A stretch of DNA of 64,000 bases from a virus. Made by a program: the position numbers and the translations under genes. Position 1 is the first letter of the stretch; each line of letters begins with the position of its first letter. This document shows, piece after piece, positions 38,101 through 46,480 of this stretch. Under the pieces are notes generated by a model. That model ran no database searches. It was not told where the DNA came from and worked only from the letters and a program-made list of their open reading frames with translations. The stretch lies in UHGV virus genome UHGV-0375936. One strand, written 5' to 3'.

Positions 38101-40336
38101 TGAAGCCGAATATGATAAAGATACGACTTATGGTTATCCTGGATACGGCGGGTTTGGACCAACATCCCGCCGTGTTGAAAAAAAAGCGAACGAATACGGC
38201 GTATTGACAAATATACCGCTGGTTGTTACGCCAGACATACCGAAAGGTCTACTAGATGGGGCTTACTTTATCGGTGCTGAAAGTAAACCATGTAAAGTTG
38301 TTTACGGTACCACTACGGTGGCTAGTGATCGGTTGTCTATCGATGCGGCAGAATGGGCGAAGTTGACTAATATTGTTCAGTCCAGCCAGTTCTCTGGGGC
38401 TTCTAACGGCAACGCCTATGAGCGGATTAGCGTAGCTAAGACCAAAAAGAACAACTACAGTTTGTCCTTTTGGGTGCTTGGTCAAACGATGTCTGGTGGT
38501 CCGCTTTGTATCGCGATAGTGAGTCTTATCTATAAAGACACTGACGGGGTAAATAAGTTTGCTTTTTACTTCTTTCAGGTAAAACCGACTATAACCAACG
38601 GGGTCATAAGGTTCGTTAGTTCGGAAGCGAGAATGATGACGTTCAGGGAAAAAGTGGCCAGTAACGCCATTAATCTCTCACCCACAGCTTTTAATGGTGA
38701 ACTTAAACAACGCTCCGGTCAAGTTTTCCTTTATTCGCAAGACGGACAAAAGTTCAGATTCTCAATACATAACCTGGTTGGCGGGAATCTTGTAGGATCA
38801 GAGATTTCTTTTGCTTTTGGGATAAACTTGACTAAAAAAGGAGAATGGTTTACCGGCGAAATTCATCGGGCGTGGGGCTATACGTATACGCTGAATAATA
38901 CATCTGAAGTCTATATACCCGATCTCTCGGGCATCGCGCTATTGACTTGTAACTCGGAAGATTTAAACGAGTTGTATCTCGGTGGCGAACAGTATAGAAT
39001 CTCTGATTTGTTTAACAAAAAATATACTGTTATCGATAAGATTATTATTGGCGGCGTACAAACACAGAGCGGTTGGAATTTCTATCTGACGGAGGAAACC
39101 GAGTTAAGTTTTGGAAATAAAAGATATACCGTTCCAAGATGGTCCGTTGATTTAAGCGATGAATTCCCGACTAATCACGCTAACCAGACATTCTACGTTT
39201 ATGCTGAAGTGGTCGGTTCTACTGCCCAATACCGCATCGGTTTAGAGCAGTTAGCTGATACCTCGTCGAGACTGTTTGTTGGGACAGTAACCACTGATTC
39301 GAACCGTATTACGGATATCAGTATCGATAAAGTAAAACGGTTAGGTCGTGTAAAAGAGCTGGAAAATCATGCCTCGGTTGTTGATCAGCACGATGTGGCG
39401 CAGGCGTTCGACAGGAAAACTGGTCCACTATTAACAGTGGTTAATAAACCCGTTAAAGCCATTACAGCATCTGCGAGCAAGGGTGCTGGGTATGTCGATG
39501 GCCAGAAATGGAATACGTTGTCCGGGATTGCAACGCGGCCCAGGTTGCCGGTACAGGAAACCTATTCAGGTTATAAAAGTATCAGCAGGGTGGCGTATGA
39601 GAACTGCGCTGACCAGTTCTGGCAGAAAGCGGTTGCTGCGAACGTTGCAGCGGCTACTGCTTCTGAGAACAAACAAGCAGCAACCGCGAACATGAAGTGG
39701 TTGGGTGCGTATACGAAACCGACTACCGGCGAGTATGCATATCTGGCATTGAGTCTGCGTGTTAAAGTACCTGGCGATCCTGGTACTACTAATCGTCGAC
39801 TGAAAATCAGGCTTGCGGCCCCGACAGGTATAACTCAAGTTCGTTACGGGCTAAATCAGTCTGGCGGTACGATGACTGAACAGACAGTAACGCTAACTGC
39901 TAACAGTTACCTGGAAAAAGAACACGCGGGATTTAAGCCAGCCGCCGAAGTCCGCCTTCATGCTACGTTTGTCATTCCAAAAAATGAATACGATAGCTAC
40001 CGGACCAAATTTGGTGCTGTTCAGCTGATTGACGTTGAGACGAACACTGTCATTAAACAGACAGATATCGACACACCGTTTATCGTGTACACCGCCACAG
40101 AGCAAGCGGCACAATCTGGTTTGGTGTATAAAGCGGTTAAGAGTCAGTTTCGTCAACTCCCGGCTCAACCTGTCGTCATTGTAACTGATGGACAGACAGG
40201 GACTACACCACCGGTGAAAACCGCATATTCTGACGGCACGTTAACGGTCTACGTGGCAACCACGTACGATGCGGTTAACCCAGCACAAACTCGCGATATC
40301 GATAAGCTCCAGTTCAATCTTATGTTTACATCTTAA
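35150..40336 (+). CDS. tail-fibre-like protein (paralog 3 of 4)
   Basis: 1728 aa; AGGAG RBS; shared N-terminal domain (PPEGPFYRIGL...GLDYYLGYY). Confidence 0.65.
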   Translation: MPREDAAQFNGTLSTTTYPNRFNVVIPPEGPFYRIGLKLTVADDTAPNGRRTLIEGLDYYLGYYFKELAEAEQDQIYGGFMLLTATEIEYEILGVARQYRVPQSEIGKFLVRTDLKDPRNVDWSELMAYAPVIQPIDPPANLEEAILRDEVVKALNDIRKKIIQRSTELDAAFTEVTNLIYENGKKIFDEELYQHHLNPNAHQYTTTDVGALPVLGRAVDATKAFGLTIDQLATLMGSAGIEQSDVDQLIGEALGTVYGRWGSTNGNELTFKTAGGHIISIRGDKWLITSPQPLVIKADQDNNESGLAVEFSAGLNTLWVHSGTEQDVLAPVYNSVYLVTPEMVNMYLTSVTLLEANAYFKPSDTVKPYGTAKQSNPLTLNANIPTATESVYGVFSITNIATSVALGTAISQKAVTELKDRLDLYVDDDYTVNGKGFVKTGDKMVLTLTKTDFGIDKMDNTTPIAKPVTKALANVLKNKSLKVHTHTTADLDNVPIGSATVDGILQLWDAIDTTNDKAVTSRQGWLFAKEIKKVSDKLNTLLPAWTTSGSKYTNNSILPILSMGNYEGYGKNMDALQMVIGVQQGKLYALISSKSALPGTEGIYYAVAGLKNDKSLGEIYKTTFRYKPKGLETNYPGVELKEITVTGTEAFIAKGSDDNYYLVKLNGSMDYTKHTDVRLVTFSEFVSETTWEFVPNMFMDRVVIADNGVYVLRTMLMADLKNNSLVDYIKDTPQPMFRVGLLRLNKTDRFEQVDLSSTRKIGKCADLVEPGAFDVDNPNTKRLAYFTAEGKALWTVNLQLTRGVSRWITPVVKDGHLLTVGVSGVCLGFSSTKGTTFGPWNGAYRLDLLTGEVGLETTNIFPIKIDTTGCYLKDGTKIELKWKWATRSSGYMADNRICVGDMVYSCCCSTEKQLAPSLHYQKLPEGVSYLDYVKLSAGYEGQSTFENRINPVVGSVWKPSMTFPLFFPGTNKVWLKHQKTAYFIEAEYDKDTTYGYPGYGGFGPTSRRVEKKANEYGVLTNIPLVVTPDIPKGLLDGAYFIGAESKPCKVVYGTTTVASDRLSIDAAEWAKLTNIVQSSQFSGASNGNAYERISVAKTKKNNYSLSFWVLGQTMSGGPLCIAIVSLIYKDTDGVNKFAFYFFQVKPTITNGVIRFVSSEARMMTFREKVASNAINLSPTAFNGELKQRSGQVFLYSQDGQKFRFSIHNLVGGNLVGSEISFAFGINLTKKGEWFTGEIHRAWGYTYTLNNTSEVYIPDLSGIALLTCNSEDLNELYLGGEQYRISDLFNKKYTVIDKIIIGGVQTQSGWNFYLTEETELSFGNKRYTVPRWSVDLSDEFPTNHANQTFYVYAEVVGSTAQYRIGLEQLADTSSRLFVGTVTTDSNRITDISIDKVKRLGRVKELENHASVVDQHDVAQAFDRKTGPLLTVVNKPVKAITASASKGAGYVDGQKWNTLSGIATRPRLPVQETYSGYKSISRVAYENCADQFWQKAVAANVAAATASENKQAATANMKWLGAYTKPTTGEYAYLALSLRVKVPGDPGTTNRRLKIRLAAPTGITQVRYGLNQSGGTMTEQTVTLTANSYLEKEHAGFKPAAEVRLHATFVIPKNEYDSYRTKFGAVQLIDVETNTVIKQTDIDTPFIVYTATEQAAQSGLVYKAVKSQFRQLPAQPVVIVTDGQTGTTPPVKTAYSDGTLTVYVATTYDAVNPAQTRDIDKLQFNLMFTS

Positions 40337-40376
40337 CGCCACGAGACAAGGACGTCTCGGATTAAGGAGAGTGGCC

Positions 40377-41576
40377 ATGGCCTCCATTGTATACCAATAC
40401 CCTTTAGATTTAACGGGAACCCTAACCTCTAACGCCGTGGAGCGTCAGGTTACGTTAGGTACAGGTAAAGTTAACCGTGCGTTTGCTTTTCCTGACGGTC
40501 CGTTTTATGCTGATACGTTCCGCTTGCGGGTTGCTAACCGCCCAGATGCGACGTATGAGCGCGGAACGGACTATGAGTTGATTTTTGCACACCCGGCTTA
40601 CGAGAAATTGACGAAGAACCGGGAAGTGGTAATGGCGGTTGTTGTAACGAACACCGCGATTCCGACCGATATCACGGTATCGGCGCAAGTAGTCGGGGGC
40701 CCGCAGTCGGCAAACGTGACTGCGATAGAACAGGCGATTGCTGAGTTGAATCTCGATAATCGAACTGTTGGCTTTAAAGACTTGCGAAATGTTCCTGATA
40801 CATTTCCTTCGGCACCAACGTATAAAGACGTCGGCGATATTTACGGCTTCGAATACATCATTACAGTGCTCGCCGGTATTAAAGATGCGATAACTGCTGG
40901 CGATGCTGTACAGCTTGAGAACATCAAAGCGATTCTCGAAAGCCTGAAAAACGATTTCCTGGACGCGCTGAACGCGCACATTAACGCCACGGGTAACGTC
41001 CACCATCTGGATATTCACCAGGTTAACGGGTTAACAGAAACGGAGATCCGTGCACTGATCCGTGACGTACAGTCTGCCATCGATGCAACCATTACTGATA
41101 TTAATGCGTTGAAGAAAGCAGACGAAGCGTTAGGAAAACGTATTGATGCTGTTGTCAAATCTCTGGAAGCGTGGAACGACCAACTTAACGTCGTTGCACA
41201 AAACTACCAGAAAATGGCACTGGCAATGGCGAACCTAAACTCGTTAGTGTTACAGTTACAGAAAAATATCAACGATCTGAGCACCAAACTCAACCAAGCG
41301 ATTCAACGTATTGCTGCGTTAGAACAGCGGGGTAATGAGTCCGATCAGAAAATTGATAAACTGCAACAAAACCTGGATGCGCTTAAACAGCAGGTTAATA
41401 ATAACACGAACGCAATCAGTCAGGCGAATCAGAACCTACAAAACCATATTGCGGCAGACAACCCACACACAGGCTATCTCCACAAGAAATACGGTGGTGT
41501 GGTTCAGGCTCCAGTGCACGTTAACGCTAACTTGACGTCCCGTGATGACGTTCAGGCAGAAGCGGGTACGAAATAA
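40377..41576 (+). CDS. tail-fibre-like protein with coiled coil (paralog 4 of 4)
   Basis: ATG after AAGGAG; N-terminus FPDGPFYADTFRL...GTDYELIF shares the fibre N-domain; long heptad-like C-terminal region. Confidence 0.6.
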   Translation: MASIVYQYPLDLTGTLTSNAVERQVTLGTGKVNRAFAFPDGPFYADTFRLRVANRPDATYERGTDYELIFAHPAYEKLTKNREVVMAVVVTNTAIPTDITVSAQVVGGPQSANVTAIEQAIAELNLDNRTVGFKDLRNVPDTFPSAPTYKDVGDIYGFEYIITVLAGIKDAITAGDAVQLENIKAILESLKNDFLDALNAHINATGNVHHLDIHQVNGLTETEIRALIRDVQSAIDATITDINALKKADEALGKRIDAVVKSLEAWNDQLNVVAQNYQKMALAMANLNSLVLQLQKNINDLSTKLNQAIQRIAALEQRGNESDQKIDKLQQNLDALKQQVNNNTNAISQANQNLQNHIAADNPHTGYLHKKYGGVVQAPVHVNANLTSRDDVQAEAGTK

Positions 41577-41643
41577 CTTTATTACAGGAGGAACTATGCT
41601 TATGGGCGTAGTCCTCCATTCTTTTTTATTTTAAGGATACGTG

Positions 41644-42039
41644 ATGGCGATCAGTGTTAAAAATGTACGTGACCGAATCACCAACGTAGAGAACCAAATG
41701 GCAACTGGCCCACGTGTTGATCCGCAAGTTGCGTCGAAAGCACATAATGCCGCCGACACTTTTTCGGGTTGGACGCCAAGTCGGTTAGACTGCGGGGGAA
41801 GTTGCAGCTGGACGTGCTCAAACGGCTGTACGCACGGCTGTACGAGTTGTTCGGGCACCTGTACGTCAGTATGTGTAGGTAGCTGCTCCTCTGCGTGCGG
41901 TAACCAGTGTACTGGATGTAGTTCAACATGTTCCGGCGGCTGTTCAGGTTGCAGTGGGACCTGTGGTGGTGCTTGCTCGGGCCGTTGTTCTACGGGTTGT
42001 TCTGGTGCTTGCTCTGGTGGCTGTTCTGGCCCAACCTAA
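41644..42039 (+). CDS. Cys-rich peptide A, candidate RiPP precursor
   Basis: AAGGA RBS; about 50-aa leader then about 80-aa core with about 21 Cys, mostly C-x3-C (CGGSCSWTCSNGCTHGC...); track ORF starts 3 nt earlier at GTG. Confidence 0.6.
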   Translation: MAISVKNVRDRITNVENQMATGPRVDPQVASKAHNAADTFSGWTPSRLDCGGSCSWTCSNGCTHGCTSCSGTCTSVCVGSCSSACGNQCTGCSSTCSGGCSGCSGTCGGACSGRCSTGCSGACSGGCSGPT

Positions 42040-42049
42040 GAGGTGAAAA

Positions 42050-42448
42050 ATGGCAATTGGATTACCTGCGCTACAAGCGCGGCTAAATAACATTGACAAC
42101 ACTGCATTGAAGAATACGGGTGCAGTGCAAAACTATATTCGTGGGAAAGCGACGAACAACGCAGACTTATTCGGTGGACAAGCTCGCAACCATTACGACT
42201 GTGGTGGGAGCTGTAGCTGGACCTGTTCGAGCTGTTCTGGTGGTTGTACAGGGAACGCATCAGGCGGCTGTGGTTCTTCGTGTTCTGCAAACTGTGTATC
42301 AGGTTGCAGCGCAGGCTGTAGCGGATGTTCGAATACATGTTCTGGTGGCTGCTCAGGAAGCTGTACGGGGAGTTGTTCTAACTCGTGTGTGGGAAACTGT
42401 TCTTCAGGCTGCTCGGGCAGTTGTTCTGGTGGGTGTTCTGGGAGGTAA
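42050..42448 (+). CDS. Cys-rich peptide B, candidate RiPP precursor
   Basis: GAGGTG RBS, 10 nt after peptide A stop; core DCGGSCSWTCSSCSGGC... with about 20 Cys. Confidence 0.6.
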   Translation: MAIGLPALQARLNNIDNTALKNTGAVQNYIRGKATNNADLFGGQARNHYDCGGSCSWTCSSCSGGCTGNASGGCGSSCSANCVSGCSAGCSGCSNTCSGGCSGSCTGSCSNSCVGNCSSGCSGSCSGGCSGR

Positions 42449-42450
42449 TT

Positions 42451-42657
42451 GTGATTAGCCTTAAGAACCTTCGTGATCGATTAGTAACAGCGGAAGGGTA
42501 TATTACGACCGCTAACGCAAACAACTATATTGCAAACCAGGGCACCGTGTCTTCAACCAATAACCTTGCCGGTTTACCTTTAAGCCATTATAACTGTAAC
42601 GGCGGATGTAGCTGGTCGTGTAGCGGTAGCTGTAGTAAAGGCGCGGGGGGAAGGTAA
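42451..42657 (+). CDS. short Cys-rich peptide C, candidate RiPP precursor
   Basis: GTG start 5 nt after GGAGG, 2 nt after peptide B stop; leader VISLKNLRDRL resembles peptide A; core NCNGGCSWSCSGSCSKG. Confidence 0.5.
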   Translation: MISLKNLRDRLVTAEGYITTANANNYIANQGTVSSTNNLAGLPLSHYNCNGGCSWSCSGSCSKGAGGR

Positions 42658-42806
42658 CTAAGCCCTCCAGTGGTAGTATGTCTATTACGCAATAACCGAG
42701 TTAATCGTACGGGTTTACTACTGAGTTTCAAGTTACCGGTAGGCAATGGTGCGGTGGTTTCTATACCCTGAATGTCCGTTTGACCGTGAAATAATTGGAG
42801 CAATCA

Positions 42807-43694
42807 ATGAAGAATGATTTACATTTAGCATACAAAACAATTTTCAATCATCCACTTCACATTTCTTCCCCTGATTCCGTACGTGCACACTTAGCAGATG
42901 AAGTTCGTCTGCTGACTCAGTTGCCGGGCGAATGGCCTAAAGTACGCGGACGTTTCTTTACCGATCGTAAAAACTATCGTGTAGAAAATACGTTTAAGAT
43001 TCGTGATCTGACGGCAGAAAGTGTGGTGGTCTTTACCGGTGACTCCGAGTTGCGTGGTAAACTGGTTGCGGGTAAATATTTCTTTAGTGACGGGATTTTG
43101 AATAACTCCGTAGATATGGAATTGTTCTTTACCCCATTTGAAGAAATGGGCGCAAAACCGGTTGCCCGTCGTTGGTGGTCACCGGATTACTTAGGCTCGT
43201 TCCCGTATTTCTTTACCCTGGTAACACCAGAAACGAAGAACTATTTCGATACGGAATCGTATATCGAAATTGAAGGGTACGAAGCGTTAGGGATTAATTG
43301 CTTAGCGGATTTAATGGCGTATAGCTATAAGTTCGTGTGGGATCGTGAACGTTCCGTGTGGGTTGCCCTGACGGATGAACATGAAATCACAAAACGCATC
43401 CGTAAGCCTTGGATGCAGCATTTGATTCAAACGCGTATTGGCGAGCATCCGTCAACAGAAGCGGATCTGGCAAAACTCCTTAGTTTCTTAATGACGAAAG
43501 TCACGTTAACTGACGAAGAGAAAGCAGCAGTGTCGGCGGTGTTGGACCGTAACGTAACGTTAGCGGATTTAGAACGTTTAAATGTCCGTTATAAAGACCT
43601 TAACCGTATTTTGGAAGCGTATAACTCTCCATTCTTGTTAACCCCTGGTGCTAACGTAGACGACGATCCTTTGTTCGCCATTGATTATATTTAA
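42807..43694 (+). CDS. hypothetical protein, candidate RiPP accessory
   Basis: ATG at 42807 with GGAG RBS; 296 aa between precursors and radical SAM genes; no motif recognised. Confidence 0.55.
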   Translation: MKNDLHLAYKTIFNHPLHISSPDSVRAHLADEVRLLTQLPGEWPKVRGRFFTDRKNYRVENTFKIRDLTAESVVVFTGDSELRGKLVAGKYFFSDGILNNSVDMELFFTPFEEMGAKPVARRWWSPDYLGSFPYFFTLVTPETKNYFDTESYIEIEGYEALGINCLADLMAYSYKFVWDRERSVWVALTDEHEITKRIRKPWMQHLIQTRIGEHPSTEADLAKLLSFLMTKVTLTDEEKAAVSAVLDRNVTLADLERLNVRYKDLNRILEAYNSPFLLTPGANVDDDPLFAIDYI

Positions 43695-43715
43695 AAACGA
43701 CCGGAGTCACCTGCA

Positions 43716-44639
43716 ATGACAACCAATGCAGAACCAAGGTTATCGAATCGTTTATACGATAAACCCACCGTATTGTCCGTAGTCGCTACGTCCAAGTGTA
43801 ACCTGGATTGTAGCTTCTGCGGTGGAGCCTATTACATGAATCGTGAAGATTCTCCGCGAGAGTTTCAACGTGAGCGAATTTTGGAAGCGCTGGAAGCTAA
43901 TCCAACCATTACCGAAATTCAGTGGACGGGTGGTGAGCCATTACTGGCAACCCGTAAAATTGAGGCGTTTGTTGACGAATTAAAAGTGATTCGTCCAGAA
44001 CTCAAACACCAGTTGTATACCAATGGCTTAAAGATGCGTAAATCGCATCTCCCGTTGCTAAAACAGTTTGACAATGTCTACGTTAGCATCGATGGGTTTA
44101 AGTCGTCTGAGCGCCCGTTTATGCGCTTTATTGACGAAGGCTGTTACGAAGCACTGGAAACGATCTACGAGCTGGATAATGTCCAGACTTGGGGTGTCCT
44201 GACACGGGACCGTTTAGGGGACAAACGCTGGCACGAAGATATTATTCAGCTGCACAGCGCGATTTACCATTACGGTTTCCGTGCAATGACGTTACTCTTA
44301 GATGCGAAAATGCCAAAACCTTTATCGCCTGACCACGTCATGAACTTTATTTACGGCTACTATCAGGTTCAGGATAACATTGAACGACTGAATGTAGTAA
44401 ATAGTCGTGAATGCGGCTTTACAGTAAGTAAAGTGTTTGAAGAAGGGTGTAACGTTTGCAGCGAAAGTCTTTGGATTAATGCAGACGGCGGTGAGCACCA
44501 ACTCCAGAATGCACCTAACGTTCTGGAATCGGGATGTAACCAACTGGCCTTCTCTATCGGTGTAGAGGCGTACGAATATATTCGTCGCGTAGTGATGGCA
44601 GGGCGTAATAGAGGGGCGGCAAATGAGTCAAGTAAATGA
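43716..44639 (+). CDS. radical SAM enzyme
   Basis: CNLDCSFC (CxxxCxxC) near N-terminus, GGEPLL SAM-binding motif, four more Cys in the C-terminal third. Confidence 0.8.
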   Translation: MTTNAEPRLSNRLYDKPTVLSVVATSKCNLDCSFCGGAYYMNREDSPREFQRERILEALEANPTITEIQWTGGEPLLATRKIEAFVDELKVIRPELKHQLYTNGLKMRKSHLPLLKQFDNVYVSIDGFKSSERPFMRFIDEGCYEALETIYELDNVQTWGVLTRDRLGDKRWHEDIIQLHSAIYHYGFRAMTLLLDAKMPKPLSPDHVMNFIYGYYQVQDNIERLNVVNSRECGFTVSKVFEEGCNVCSESLWINADGGEHQLQNAPNVLESGCNQLAFSIGVEAYEYIRRVVMAGRNRGAANESSK

Positions 44640-45945
44640 ATTCCCTAAGCAGTTAACGTATCAGATCGTAACCAACCTTTCGTGTAACCTGGACTGCGAA
44701 TATTGTTACGAACGTAAGTACCCGCGTAACAACAAAGCGGCGGATATTGTTGATTTCTTACACGCCTGTTTTGAACGTGATAAAAACGAACCGAATGTTG
44801 AAGTTATTATCGACATTATCGGTGGTGAGCCGTTCATGCAGCCTAAACTGCTGCTGGCTGCGTTTGAAACCGCTGAGCAGTTGTGTAAAGAACACAACCG
44901 ACCGTTTATGTTTAGTATTTCCACGAACGGAACGCTGTTAGATCGTCCGTTGAACCGTGAGATCGTAGAACGTTGGAAAGATAAACTTTCGGTTGGGGTT
45001 TCGATTGACGGCTTACCTGAGTCCCATGACCGTTATCGTATCTTCACAACAACACGCCAGGGTTCTTACGAAGCCGCAGTACGTGGCTATAACTACTTAA
45101 AAGAGGTTGGCATTGCAGAGCTCGGCGTAAAAGCAACCTTTACGTTAGAAACGCTGCCGTTCTATGCTGCGGGGATGAAGTCATTAATTGACATTACTGG
45201 CGGTGGGACAATTTCTGGAAACGTAACTTTCGAAGACGTTATGCCGCGTAGCATGGCGACATCAATCGCTTTACAGATGATGGATGTGATCGATTATTGG
45301 GTTGAGAAAGGATTACACACCAACCCACGTAATATCTTATCGCACATCATTCCAGAAGGGTTGGATTTCGATACGATTTGGGAACCGAACTGGCGTGACC
45401 AGTTACTGTATAATGACACCGTACGGTTGAACCCAGAACGTTTACGTCCGTTCTGTGGGACGTTAACGCACATGACGTGCTTAGGATTTGACCGTAAGAT
45501 CTTTGGCTGTAACCGCTTTATGTCAACGGTAACGTCGCGTTCTGCGGTGTTTGAGTTGGTAGGTCGGGAATTCGTCAGTCTGGACAACGGTAAGCTGCTA
45601 GAAGAGATTCAAACGCAATATACCAACTACCCAGAGACCTGTTTAGGTTGTCCGATGAAACACGCTTGTGGTAGCTGTGCTGCGGCTTCTTACGAGAACG
45701 GGGAAGGAACGTTAGAAGACCGTAAGGCGTATCACGCTGAACGACGTCAGTGCGGCTGGACGACAGCGAAACTGATGGTGGCGGAATACTGGAAACAGAA
45801 GATGGGTACGACGTCAGCAAAAGCGTTCCATGACACGAGCATGTGTTATTGCCCACGCTGTGTTCGTGAACGTGCCCAAAAGGAAAAATTATTAAGAGAA
45901 GCCAAAGATGAAACCAATTCTGATCAACAATATTACGAAGCGTAG
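44623..45945 (+). CDS. radical SAM enzyme with SPASM-like domain
   Basis: CNLDCEYC, IGGEPF, STNGTLL, and C-terminal CLGCPMKHACGSCAA Cys cluster; 17-nt overlap with upstream radical SAM gene. Confidence 0.8.
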   Translation: MSQVNEFPKQLTYQIVTNLSCNLDCEYCYERKYPRNNKAADIVDFLHACFERDKNEPNVEVIIDIIGGEPFMQPKLLLAAFETAEQLCKEHNRPFMFSISTNGTLLDRPLNREIVERWKDKLSVGVSIDGLPESHDRYRIFTTTRQGSYEAAVRGYNYLKEVGIAELGVKATFTLETLPFYAAGMKSLIDITGGGTISGNVTFEDVMPRSMATSIALQMMDVIDYWVEKGLHTNPRNILSHIIPEGLDFDTIWEPNWRDQLLYNDTVRLNPERLRPFCGTLTHMTCLGFDRKIFGCNRFMSTVTSRSAVFELVGREFVSLDNGKLLEEIQTQYTNYPETCLGCPMKHACGSCAAASYENGEGTLEDRKAYHAERRQCGWTTAKLMVAEYWKQKMGTTSAKAFHDTSMCYCPRCVRERAQKEKLLREAKDETNSDQQYYEA

Positions 45946-46480
45946 AATTCGACTTCTGGATAAGTTTCTGGAAAACAGTAAGCTATTCGGTTGTTATGTG
46001 GTGATTAACGGTGAAGATTTTACCGATGACGTAAAACGCTTACTGATTCGTCACGGCGTGACTGTAATCATCCCAATGTACTGCACCGAACTTACTGACC
46101 TGTCGGTCGCGGAAATTGAAAAACGTAACCCAGGGTTTGAAGAACGGGTATTGGATTTCCCACGTCACAAAATTGCGTTTCTACGCCGCTCTTTAAGCGA
46201 ACCCAGCGCAGAATCTATCACTGTGTTGGCATTGTCCTTCCCAGGCATTACTATCTTCGCAACACGTAACCCGAACTCACCGATTGATGGGTTTTACGAT
46301 GAGCGGGAGAAATTTAATAGCGTGATTTTTCCTGAACTAACGCCAGAAGAATGTCAGGGTATCCGTATCGATTGGGAATCGGACTTCGACACAAGATTCC
46401 GTCATATCGATTTTGAACTGTTAATCGAATTAGGGTTGATTAAAGGAGACGATGAATGTCTGCTACTGGTGAAGGCTTAA
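45908..46480 (+). CDS. hypothetical protein
   Basis: 190-aa ORF overlapping the end of the radical SAM gene. Confidence 0.5.
   Translation: MKPILINNITKRRIRLLDKFLENSKLFGCYVVINGEDFTDDVKRLLIRHGVTVIIPMYCTELTDLSVAEIEKRNPGFEERVLDFPRHKIAFLRRSLSEPSAESITVLALSFPGITIFATRNPNSPIDGFYDEREKFNSVIFPELTPEECQGIRIDWESDFDTRFRHIDFELLIELGLIKGDDECLLLVKA

Noticed and set aside
41631-41929. Two minus-strand ORFs (75 and 83 aa) antisense to Cys-rich peptide A
   Set aside because: Antisense to a well-supported gene, no RBS; consistent with repeat-driven open frames
41790-42440. Possible CRISPR-like array from regular short repeats
   Set aside because: Repeats are about 12 nt, imperfect, in-frame and coding (Cys-Ser-Gly units), with no repeat-spacer architecture
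42120-42458. 112-aa plus-strand ORF overlapping Cys-rich peptide B in another frame
   Set aside because: Alternate-frame read-through of GC-rich repetitive sequence; no RBS, low-complexity Val/Ala/Gln-rich product; the Cys-rich frame has the RBS and conserved motifs
41644-42657. Interpreting the Cys/Ser/Gly-rich peptides as TOMM (thiazole/oxazole) or lanthipeptide precursors
   Set aside because: No YcaO-type cyclodehydratase, dehydrogenase or LanB/LanM-like gene recognised in the cassette; the adjacent enzymes are radical SAM, so thioether-type chemistry fits better. Not excluded for the unknown ORFs
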